Shown: one piece after another, positions 1-7,585 of the stretch
How positions within the stretch are numbered: position 1 is the stretch's first letter
How the letters are laid out: every line of letters starts with the position of its first letter
Notes under the pieces: model-generated
Told to the model about the DNA's origin: nothing
Database searches by the model: none
Seen by the model: the letters and a program-made list of their open reading frames with translations, nothing else
Made by a program: the position numbers and the translations under genes
From: Chlamydiia bacterium
GTDB taxonomy: Bacteria > Chlamydiota > Chlamydiia > Chlamydiales > Parachlamydiaceae
Direction of reading: 5' to 3'
DNA length: 10,264 nucleotides
Assembly: GCA_038257035.1 (NCBI GenBank)
Contig: JBBSJT010000080.1
Span: 1 to 10,264, forward strand

Positions 1-10
1 ATATGCAGGG

Positions 11-56
11 CCCCTCACTGTCCTCATGTCCTTCTCACTGACTCACTGGTAAAAAA
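11..56. repeat. Dispersed copy of the outer arm of the 7586-7722 palindromic element (any partner arm would lie left of the window)
   Basis: cccctcactgtcctcatgtccttctcactgactcactggtaaaaaa matches 7679-7724 directly at 43/46 positions; 11-54 matches the reverse complement of 7586-7629 at 42/44. Confidence 0.95.
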
Positions 57-89
57 TTAGAAACTTTATTGTAAAAGAATTATCTGTAT

Positions 90-494
90 TTAGATGCAAA
101 GTTTAAATGTGTTCAAATCTTTTGCAGCCTCTTTATCAAAGGTATAAGTAAATAAACAATCATTGGACTTGTTCTGTCTTCCGATTAAACAGTCCACAAA
201 ACCTACATATTTAGAGCCTTTATAATCCTGTAGAGCTTGCCAAACAAGATCGTGTTTTTCAACAACCAATTCCACGGTTTGTAAAAGGGTATGTAAAATT
301 TCAACCATTTCACTTTTTGAAATTTTATAAGCGCGTTCCAGTACCCAAACAGTCTCTGCAAGCGTCATCTGACTAATCCATAGCAACTCTTTCTGATCAA
401 CAGATTTGCTGATTAATTTATTAGCTATTACTGATTGAATTGGATCATCTTGTGTTAAATATCTTACAATAACATTTGTATCTAAACCTATCAT
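90..494 (-). CDS. vapC: Type II toxin-antitoxin system PIN-domain toxin (VapC family)
   Basis: 134 aa; N-terminal GLDTNV PIN motif, conserved acidic residues in LAETVWVL, GFVDCLI and YTFDK; start overlaps the antitoxin stop (ATGA at 494-491). Confidence 0.92.
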   Translation of the reverse strand: MIGLDTNVIVRYLTQDDPIQSVIANKLISKSVDQKELLWISQMTLAETVWVLERAYKISKSEMVEILHTLLQTVELVVEKHDLVWQALQDYKGSKYVGFVDCLIGRQNKSNDCLFTYTFDKEAAKDLNTFKLCI

Positions 495-739
495 TTCATC
501 GCCTCATTTGCACCTTCTGCAATTGCATTTTTCATTTCAGATAGTGAAACAGGTTTTTTTGCTTTAAATTTGACAATTCCCTTCAATTGAGAAACATGTC
601 TTTGAATGGGAATGATTAAGATATTTCCATCGCTTAAAAATTGAAAATCAACGTCAGTTCCTTCATGAATCATTGCTTTAACTCTAATATCTTTTGGAAT
701 GGTAACTTGACCTTTACTAGTGACAGTTGATTTACTCAT
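491..739 (-). CDS. AbrB/MazE/SpoVT-fold antitoxin (VapB-type)
   Basis: 82 aa; STVTSKGQVTIPKDIR is the AbrB-fold signature; directly upstream of the PIN gene; AAGGAGG Shine-Dalgarno at 752-746 on the minus strand. Confidence 0.92.
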   Translation of the reverse strand: MSKSTVTSKGQVTIPKDIRVKAMIHEGTDVDFQFLSDGNILIIPIQRHVSQLKGIVKFKAKKPVSLSEMKNAIAEGANEAMK

Positions 740-747
740 TTAATTCC

Positions 748-784
748 TCCTTACTTTTATTATATATCCTTACTTAATTGTAAG
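748..784. promoter_or_regulatory. Putative autoregulatory operator of the TA operon
   Basis: Inverted repeat CTTAC-N6-GTAAG (769-784) overlaps the predicted -10 box; TCCTTACTT is directly repeated at 748-756 and 767-775. AbrB-fold antitoxins typically bind short palindromes in their own promoter. Confidence 0.55.
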
Positions 785-805
785 AAATATTTTTTTTTTT
801 GTCAA
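777..805 (-). promoter_or_regulatory. Sigma70-type promoter of the TA operon
   Basis: Minus strand TTGACA (805-800), 17-nt spacer, TACAAT (782-777), 37 nt upstream of the antitoxin ATG. Confidence 0.75.
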
Positions 806-821
806 TAGCTCAGCAATAGTG

Positions 822-850
822 TTGAGAAAAAGGAAAAAAATCTTTAAGAT
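822..850 (+). promoter_or_regulatory. Sigma70-type promoter of htpG
   Basis: TTGAGA (822-827), 17-nt spacer, TAAGAT (845-850); AAAGGA RBS shortly before ATG 881. Confidence 0.55.
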
Positions 851-880
851 GGCAATTTAACTTAAGAAAGGATTTTAAAT

Positions 881-2719
881 ATGACGAAAAAAAGCTTGGA
901 AATTCACAGTGAGAATATTTTACCGATCATTAAAAAATGGCTCTATTCCGATAAAGATATTTTTGTCCGAGAACTTATTTCAAATGCTTGTGATGCGATT
1001 CAAAAGGTTAAAATATTAAGCGATCGTAACGAAATTAAAACCGACAATGTTGAATTCAGAATTGATTTAAAAATAGACACCGAAGCTAAAACATTGGAGT
1101 TTAGTGACAACGGCATTGGGATGACTGATGAAGAAGTTCAAAAGTACATTGCCCAAATCGCTTTTTCAGGTGCTGAAGACTTTGTCCAAAAATATCAATC
1201 TGCTGAAGAAAAAGAACAATTCATAGGCCATTTTGGACTTGGATTTTATTCTGCCTATATGGTTGCATCCAAAGTTGAAATCAATTCTCTTTCTTATAGC
1301 AAAGGTAGTAAGCCGGTATTCTGGAGTTGTGATGGTTCTTCAGAATACATTATAGAAGAGGGCACAAAAACAACACCTGGTACTACCATTACGCTCTTTG
1401 TCGACAAAGATAGCGAAGAATTTTTGGAAGTTTCCAAAATTAAACAAATTTTAAATCAATATTGCTCTTTCCTCCCTTACCCTGTTTATTTGAACGATGA
1501 ACAGATCAACACAGTGGAACCTTTATGGATTAAAGCACCAAGCGAATGCTCGGATGAAGATTATTTAACATTCTACCGTCATCTCTACCCAATGAATGAA
1601 GATCCTTTGTTTTGGATACATCTTAATGTAGATTATCCTTTTAATTTAAAAGGAATTCTTTATTTTCCAAAGCTTAAAAAGAATTACGATCTTGATAAAA
1701 ACACTGTTAAACTCTATTGTAATCGCGTTTATGTTTCTGATAACTGCAAAGACCTGATCCCAAATTATTTAATGGCACTTGAGGGCATGATCGACAGCCC
1801 TGATATTCCATTAAACGTTTCCAGAAGCTATCTTCAGATGGATCGTACAGTAAGACAACTCTCAAGCCACATATCCAAAAAAGTATCCGACAGTCTTTCT
1901 AATCTCTATAAAAATGAATATGATCGTTTTATCAAATGCTGGAAGGATGTCAATTTTATTGTAAAATTGGGTGTTTTGGAAGATGAGAAATTTTATGATC
2001 GCGTCAAAGACTTTTTAGTTTGGCAATCCATTAAAGGTCCTTGGATGACTATCCAAACCTATTTGGAAAATAATGGTGCAAAAATTAAAGATAAGGTCAT
2101 ATACACAAGAGATGAAAAACATCTTCCCCAGATAGTCAATACGTACAATGAAAAAGGAATCGATATCCTTATTGCCAATAGCCCTATTGATCAATATATC
2201 ATTCAAAACCTTGAAAGAAATTTAAAGCCGCTTCACTTTCAAAGAATTGATGGCGCTATTGATGATCATATTTTAGATCAGGAACGTGAGAAAACGATTC
2301 AGGATGAATCCGGAAAAACCGAATCTTCTCATCTTGCAGAATTTATAACAGGAAAACTTGATAAGGAAAACATTGAGGTGGTAGCAAAAAGTCTGCATAA
2401 TGATGCACTTCCAGGCTTTATTATGATGGATGAAAACCAAAGACGCATGAGAGACTATTTTTCTCAATTAAATCCTGGTGAGAATAAAAATGAGCTTTTT
2501 GGAAAATCTACATACGTAATCAACACTAACAATCCTCTCATGAAAGCTATCAAAAAATTGGATGAAAAAAACCCGGAACTTGCAAAAGATCTTGTTTTAC
2601 AAGCTTATGAGTTAAGTTTATTGTCTCAGCACGAAATGAACCCTAACCTTCTAAATGAGTTTGTTATAAGAAGCAACAACGTCTTAAGTAAACTTACTGA
2701 ACAATTAACAAAAGAATAA
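881..2719 (+). CDS. htpG: Molecular chaperone HtpG (bacterial Hsp90)
   Basis: 612 aa; GHKL ATPase motifs LYSDKDIFVRELISNACDA, DNGIGM, IGHFGLGFYSAYMVA; middle-domain DSPDIPLNVSRSYLQ. Confidence 0.98.
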   Translation: MTKKSLEIHSENILPIIKKWLYSDKDIFVRELISNACDAIQKVKILSDRNEIKTDNVEFRIDLKIDTEAKTLEFSDNGIGMTDEEVQKYIAQIAFSGAEDFVQKYQSAEEKEQFIGHFGLGFYSAYMVASKVEINSLSYSKGSKPVFWSCDGSSEYIIEEGTKTTPGTTITLFVDKDSEEFLEVSKIKQILNQYCSFLPYPVYLNDEQINTVEPLWIKAPSECSDEDYLTFYRHLYPMNEDPLFWIHLNVDYPFNLKGILYFPKLKKNYDLDKNTVKLYCNRVYVSDNCKDLIPNYLMALEGMIDSPDIPLNVSRSYLQMDRTVRQLSSHISKKVSDSLSNLYKNEYDRFIKCWKDVNFIVKLGVLEDEKFYDRVKDFLVWQSIKGPWMTIQTYLENNGAKIKDKVIYTRDEKHLPQIVNTYNEKGIDILIANSPIDQYIIQNLERNLKPLHFQRIDGAIDDHILDQEREKTIQDESGKTESSHLAEFITGKLDKENIEVVAKSLHNDALPGFIMMDENQRRMRDYFSQLNPGENKNELFGKSTYVINTNNPLMKAIKKLDEKNPELAKDLVLQAYELSLLSQHEMNPNLLNEFVIRSNNVLSKLTEQLTKE

Positions 2720-2724
2720 ATTAA

Positions 2725-3945
2725 ATGTTTAAAAAGTTCTCTTTTTTTAACTTATTCCTTCTTGTTTTGGTATTCAATGGCCTTGTTGGTGAGGTTTATC
2801 AACCTCACTCAGTCTACCTCACTTGGACAAGGAGCCCTGAAACGACAATGTCCCTTCAATGGATTTCAAAAGATTCTGAAATGGATAACAGTGTCTACTA
2901 CAAGCCTTTTAATGCTTGTGATGAAAAAGAGCAGGCTCCTTTTTTCCATAAATTAGCCACCTACGAAAAAATGCCGGACGGTCATCCTTTTTTGATCCAT
3001 CAAGTAGAATTAACAGATCTATTGCCAGGTGTAATTTATGTTTTTAAAATTTCTGAAAATGGGCACTTATATAAATTTAAAACAGTACCGAGAGAGCTAA
3101 CAGAATTAAAGTTTGTTGAGGGTGGCGATATTTACCGAAATGGTATCGAAATTGTCGAAGAGACCAATCTACAGGCTGCAGCGCAAAACCCGATGTTTGC
3201 TGTCATTGGCGGAGATATTGCTTATTCTGCAGACCCTTCCAACGGATTTTTTCCTGAAGATGCTTATCGTTGGTTAAGATTTTTTAAGGCCTGGACAAAT
3301 ACAATGGTAACAAAAGAGGGCTTTTTAATCCCTATCATACCGGTAATTGGCAATCATGAAACACGGGGTGGTTATGGACAAACGCCTGCTGAAGCCGCCT
3401 TTTTTTATGCTTTTTTCCCCATGCCAGGAAAACGAGGGTATAATGTTTTAGATTTTGGCAATTATATGAGCTTAATTCTTCTTGATTCAGGCCACACTCA
3501 CCCAATTTCTGGGCAACAAACCGAATGGCTTGAAAAAACTCTAAAATCAAGATGTGCCGTGCCCTATAAATTCGCAGTTTATCACGTCCCGGCCTATCCA
3601 TCTAACAGAAGCTTTTCAAATGCGGTCAGTTCAACTATTCGAAAAAATTGGGTTCCTCACTTTGATAGTTACTCATTAAAAGTTGGCTTTGAACATCATG
3701 ATCATACATATAAGCGCACCTATCCGTTAAAAAATGGCAGGAAACATGAACAAGGTGTTATTTATATCGGAGATGGCGCCTGGGGTATTGCAAAACCACG
3801 GGCCCCGGCAAGGCTAACTCCTTATGTGGAAAAAAGTGCGCAAAGTAGAAATTTTATTCTAGTGACTTTGAATGAGCTTTGTGTTAAATATGAGGCAATC
3901 AATCCAAATGGGGAAATTATAGATCGTGTCATACAAAAAAAGTAA
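2725..3945 (+). CDS. Exported purple-acid-phosphatase-like metallophosphoesterase (FN3-like N-domain plus calcineurin-like catalytic domain)
   Basis: 406 aa; signal-peptide-like N-terminus; PHSVYLTW...HQVELTDLLPGVIYVF FN3-like segment; metal-ligand motifs GGDIY, GGDIAY, GNHE, YHVP, EHHDH. Confidence 0.88.
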   Translation: MFKKFSFFNLFLLVLVFNGLVGEVYQPHSVYLTWTRSPETTMSLQWISKDSEMDNSVYYKPFNACDEKEQAPFFHKLATYEKMPDGHPFLIHQVELTDLLPGVIYVFKISENGHLYKFKTVPRELTELKFVEGGDIYRNGIEIVEETNLQAAAQNPMFAVIGGDIAYSADPSNGFFPEDAYRWLRFFKAWTNTMVTKEGFLIPIIPVIGNHETRGGYGQTPAEAAFFYAFFPMPGKRGYNVLDFGNYMSLILLDSGHTHPISGQQTEWLEKTLKSRCAVPYKFAVYHVPAYPSNRSFSNAVSSTIRKNWVPHFDSYSLKVGFEHHDHTYKRTYPLKNGRKHEQGVIYIGDGAWGIAKPRAPARLTPYVEKSAQSRNFILVTLNELCVKYEAINPNGEIIDRVIQKK

Positions 3946-4333
3946 GCTTTTACTTCTATTTTTATGCCTTTCCTTTTTTTATAATTTGCCTACTTTTACT
4001 ATTGACACTGTTGAGCCAAAAACCGGCACACTCATTGCTACCTACCAGACCGGTCAGAAAGGCGAGCGATTAAACCGCATCCGATTTTGGTTAAAAGATG
4101 AAAATCAGGACATTCACATGTATCCGAAAGGTTCTAACTTTGTCGATGATGCAGAATGGATGTCACGTACAGTAGTCATTGAAAATATCCCAATAGGTAA
4201 ATACACCCTAAGATTTCTTATTCCTAATAAAGATGGCTTTTTTGAAGAAATATCTCCTCGCGAGCTTGTCATTCAAGAAGGCGAAACCGTCAAAATCAAT
4301 CAAAAAATCAAGCCCCAGCGCTTAAAACCTTAA
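3926..4333 (+). CDS. Hypothetical exported protein, probable small beta-sandwich domain
   Basis: 135 aa, GTG start overlapping the upstream gene by 20 nt; basic-then-hydrophobic N-terminus; IENIPIGKYTLRF and LVIQEGETVKI resemble prealbumin/carboxypeptidase-regulatory-like strands. Start codon uncertain. Confidence 0.7.
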   Translation: MSYKKSKLLLLFLCLSFFYNLPTFTIDTVEPKTGTLIATYQTGQKGERLNRIRFWLKDENQDIHMYPKGSNFVDDAEWMSRTVVIENIPIGKYTLRFLIPNKDGFFEEISPRELVIQEGETVKINQKIKPQRLKP

Positions 4334-4361
4334 GTAGCAAACCTTAAGTGGCAAACCTTAA
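4325..4361. repeat. 14-bp tandem repeat AAACCTTAAGT(A/G)GC, about 2.6 copies
   Basis: aaaccttaagtagc (4325-4338), aaaccttaagtggc (4339-4352), aaaccttaa (4353-4361); contains the stop codon of the upstream ORF. Confidence 0.85.
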
Positions 4362-4380
4362 AGTCTTAAAACTTTAATTT

Positions 4381-4549
4381 AAAGGCTTTGAAGGGATTTT
4401 AAAGGACTAAAAAAGACTTAAGGGACAAAAGGACTAAAAGGACATATTAGCCGTCTTGAATACATCTTCAAGGCAAAATTAACTTTTCATAAAACAACGT
4501 ATTTGACAAAATTTATAAAGTTAATTTATCCTTTTCGTCCTTTTTGTCC
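4381..4549. repeat. AAAAGGAC-type periodic array with inverted partner arm and nested hairpins
   Basis: About 7 degenerate 8-10-nt units at 4381-4444; 4423-4444 (ggacaaaaggactaaaaggaca) pairs with 4527-4549 (reverse complement ggacaaaaaggacgaaaaggata); internal stems 4455-4460/4467-4472 and 4476-4486/4517-4527. Confidence 0.8.
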
Positions 4550-4586
4550 TAGCAATTCACTATAATCATCTAATTAAACTAACATA

Positions 4587-4616
4587 TTGACAAAACTTAC
4601 TTTTTATTATTATAAT
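4587..4616 (+). promoter_or_regulatory. Consensus sigma70-type promoter of the 564-aa gene
   Basis: TTGACA (4587-4592), 18-nt spacer, TATAAT (4611-4616); AAAGGTGA RBS at 4633-4640 before ATG 4645. Confidence 0.75.
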
Positions 4617-4644
4617 ATATTTATAGTTAACTAAAGGTGATTAA

Positions 4645-6339
4645 ATGAATGATTTCCCAATAAATCAACCATCTATCCCTCCTAATTCCGTTGATGCAAC
4701 TCCGTTAAAAAAAGCCCCTGAAATTGTGGAAAATGATATCCCCTCTCATATTTTGCCGGTCATGGATAATTTTGAATTATCCGGGATTAAACACACGGTA
4801 GATGTTCAAAAGATTCAAGAATTTAAAAAAACTATAGATAAACTTGAAAGTTCATTAAATCAAATCGAATTTGGGGATAAAACCTTAGAGATTTTTATAT
4901 CTTTGCAGGAAGTAAATGAGCTTGTTTTAGAAACAACTCATCTTGTAACACATCATTTTGGTATTTCAAGTTCATCGATAAAAAATTATGAAACTACATC
5001 AAGTGCAACGACTCTTGCAGGAATTTGGCTGGAAATGCTTTTAAGTACTTCTCAGATAATTTTAAAATCTGAGTTAATCAAAGCAAAAAAAGAAGAGCTT
5101 TCAAAAATTTCTGATGATGATCCTCTTCGTTTTACATTAAATAAAGAGATCAAAAAAATGGACAGAGAAATTTGGAATATGGCCAAAAAATTTGCATTAA
5201 TAAATTTTATTAATGCACCAGAAGTTGCTGCTCAAATTTATAAAGTTGTTACTCACATCGGTCATACTGCCGGTATTGTCGCCGTTTCTTCAGGCCTTGG
5301 TGTTGCTTCAGGATTACTCTCTGTTATTCTTCCGACCTACGATTTCTATAAAGCCCGTAGAATTAAAAAACTTCATTTACAAGAAACGAAGGAATTATAT
5401 CCTCAAAAAATTACAATCGTCAAGGCGGACGGGGTGTATAAAGGAACACCACCATTACTTAAACAACAGCAGAATACATTCAAAATAAGATTAGATGCTT
5501 CAACTTCCAAGAAATTTTCAGAAATTCAAAAACAAGAAACATTAACCGGAATGGCAAAAGCACAATTAAAAGAGCGTGTATTAAGCGTTGAAAAAACAAA
5601 CCAACAATTTTTTCAGTTCAAAGAAGCAAAATCTATCTTTAGTCTTGTTGTTAGTGCTATTTCAGCTATAGTTGCAGTAGACCTTGCAATTTTTATGATT
5701 GTCGGAATCTCCTTTCCACCGGCCTTGGTCATCATTCCAACAGTGCTCTCAATAGTTGCAGGTTTAACTCTTTTAGGAGCAGGAATCTATTATTTACATA
5801 AACAAAAACCCAATTTTGCTAAGGTTATATTTAAGGGAACTAAAATTAGTATTGTTTTAAATCAGGTTTTGTTGTTTTTCACTAAATTACAACTTGAAAA
5901 ATATAAGACAAAAGAACAAGAAATAGAAAATAAAATCAATTCCGTGGCTTTTGCAGACTCTTTAGATAAAGTTAAAGAAAATGTTGCCTATTATGAAGAA
6001 CTTCGACAAAAATTTGACGGGAAAATTAAAGAGCTTGAAAATGAAATTAAAGAAGCAAGAATTGCTGATTATTCCTTAAAAATGGGTGTGAAAAATAAAG
6101 ATTTTCAAGATGAGTTCAACATTATAGCAACAAGCCTTGTTGAGGGTAAATTCTGGTTGGATAATGAAGCGAAATCTCTTATTGAAAAATATGGGGGTGA
6201 AAAATTAAGCCACGAAGTCAATGCAGATGAGCCAAATATTGATCCTGCAGAGTTGGCTGACGTCTTAAGAGATTTAATCTTAAGAAGCAGTGAAGATGTT
6301 ATAAAGTGGGTTAAGGCACAACAAACAGCTATTGCATGA
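4645..6339 (+). CDS. Hypothetical membrane protein with bilobed hydrophobic domain and coiled coils; candidate inclusion-membrane (Inc-like) type III substrate
   Basis: 564-aa ORF with its own promoter and RBS; Pro/Ser/Asn-rich N-terminus with no Sec signal; hydrophobic aa about 209-230 and a 54-aa bilobed segment aa 331-384 broken by FPP; K/E-rich heptad-like C-terminal region. The CDS is well supported, the function is inferred. Confidence 0.7.
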   Translation: MNDFPINQPSIPPNSVDATPLKKAPEIVENDIPSHILPVMDNFELSGIKHTVDVQKIQEFKKTIDKLESSLNQIEFGDKTLEIFISLQEVNELVLETTHLVTHHFGISSSSIKNYETTSSATTLAGIWLEMLLSTSQIILKSELIKAKKEELSKISDDDPLRFTLNKEIKKMDREIWNMAKKFALINFINAPEVAAQIYKVVTHIGHTAGIVAVSSGLGVASGLLSVILPTYDFYKARRIKKLHLQETKELYPQKITIVKADGVYKGTPPLLKQQQNTFKIRLDASTSKKFSEIQKQETLTGMAKAQLKERVLSVEKTNQQFFQFKEAKSIFSLVVSAISAIVAVDLAIFMIVGISFPPALVIIPTVLSIVAGLTLLGAGIYYLHKQKPNFAKVIFKGTKISIVLNQVLLFFTKLQLEKYKTKEQEIENKINSVAFADSLDKVKENVAYYEELRQKFDGKIKELENEIKEARIADYSLKMGVKNKDFQDEFNIIATSLVEGKFWLDNEAKSLIEKYGGEKLSHEVNADEPNIDPAELADVLRDLILRSSEDVIKWVKAQQTAIA

Positions 6340-7486
6340 GATGAGCACGATCTGTCCTCTCCCAGGTAAACTCTTCTTCCTTTCTTCCAAAATGACCTCC
6401 AAAGGCAGTTTTCTGGTATATCGGCCGATTTAAATCCAGCATTTCTATAATTCCCTTTGGCGATAAATCAAAATTTTTCATGATCAAATCATTTAATTGG
6501 TCCTCTTTTAAATTCCCGGTACCAAAAGTTTCAACTTTTATTGAAATTGGCTTAGATACGCCAATAGCGTAAGAAATTTGAACTTCACACTTGGCAGCAA
6601 GTTTTGCAGCCACAATATTTTTTGCCACATATCTTGCAGCGTAAGCTGCTGACCTGTCAACCTTTGTTGGATCCTTCCCTGAAAATGCACCCCCTCCGTG
6701 CCTTCCCATACCGCCATAAGTATCTACTATTATTTTTCTTCCCGTAATTCCACAATCAGCTGTTGGACCACCAATTACAAAACGTCCGGTAGGATTGATA
6801 TAAAACAAAGTTCTATCATCGATAAAATTATTTGGTACTAATTTGTAAACTAGTTCTTTCATATCCTTGATGATAGTTTCAAGATCTACATTTTCAGAAT
6901 GCTGTACAGAAATGACTACTGTTTGCAATCTTAATGGTACTCCATTTTCATCATATTCAAAAGTAACTTGCGCTTTTCCATCAGGTCTAAGGTATGGTAA
7001 TGTCTTTGATTTTTTTAAAACTTCAAGTTCTCTTACTATTTTATGAGCAATCATAATTGGCATGGGCATCAATTCATCTGTTTCATCTGAAGCATACCCA
7101 AACATAATCCCCTGATCACCAGCACCTAAATCATGATGCTGATTAGTTATATAAATTCCCTGGTTTATTCCGCGTGCAATATCGGGTGATTGCTTGTTAA
7201 TCGTTATAATAATTCCACAAGATCTATAATCAAAGCCAAGGGAACAATCAGAATATCCTATGTTTTTTATCACATCTCTTGCAATGGCTTGGTAATCAAT
7301 TAGCGCATGAGTTGTAATCTCCCCTGCAAGAACAACAAGGCCTGTACTTAACAGAACTTCACAAGAAACTCTGGAATGCGGATCAGAAGTTAAACAAGCA
7401 TCTAAAATGGCATCTGCAATTTGATCTGCAATTTTGTCAGGATGACCTCTGCAAACAGATTCTGAAGTAAATAAATAATGAGCCAT
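6329..7486 (-). CDS. metK: S-adenosylmethionine synthetase
   Basis: 385 aa; [44 protein letters not shown] signatures. Confidence 0.99.
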   Translation of the reverse strand: MAHYLFTSESVCRGHPDKIADQIADAILDACLTSDPHSRVSCEVLLSTGLVVLAGEITTHALIDYQAIARDVIKNIGYSDCSLGFDYRSCGIIITINKQSPDIARGINQGIYITNQHHDLGAGDQGIMFGYASDETDELMPMPIMIAHKIVRELEVLKKSKTLPYLRPDGKAQVTFEYDENGVPLRLQTVVISVQHSENVDLETIIKDMKELVYKLVPNNFIDDRTLFYINPTGRFVIGGPTADCGITGRKIIVDTYGGMGRHGGGAFSGKDPTKVDRSAAYAARYVAKNIVAAKLAAKCEVQISYAIGVSKPISIKVETFGTGNLKEDQLNDLIMKNFDLSPKGIIEMLDLNRPIYQKTAFGGHFGRKEEEFTWERTDRAHLMQ

Positions 7487-7506
7487 ATTCCACCTTTTAA
7501 AATTTT

Positions 7507-7534
7507 ATCATAGCTACCTTTCCTTGAAATTCAA
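7507..7534 (-). promoter_or_regulatory. Candidate metK promoter
   Basis: Minus strand TTGAAT (7534-7529), 16-nt spacer, TATGAT (7512-7507); AAAAGGTGG just upstream of the ATG. Confidence 0.4.
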
Positions 7535-7585
7535 AGCCTTTTTCTTTATAAATGTGTGCTACAGGAAAATAAAAAGTTTAAGATC

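Noticed and set aside
806..830. CIRCE element upstream of htpG
   Set aside because: tagctcagcaatagtgttga does not match TTAGCACTC-N9-GAGTGCTAA in sequence or spacing.
2015..2467. Minus-strand ORFs 2015-2206 and 2273-2467
   Set aside because: Antisense shadows inside htpG with no recognisable motifs.
2762..3601. ORFs 2762-2956 (+) and 3335-3601 (-)
   Set aside because: Fully nested in the phosphoesterase gene in other frames; no protein-like features.
4325..4549. CRISPR array
   Set aside because: Units are 8-14 nt and contiguous, with no unique spacers and no cas genes.
5213..5488. 91-aa alternative-frame ORF
   Set aside because: Nested within the uninterrupted 564-aa ORF; no independent evidence.
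7524..7534. Short palindrome TTGAA-A-TTCAA over the candidate metK -35 box
   Set aside because: Only 5-bp AT-rich arms, expected by chance at this base composition.
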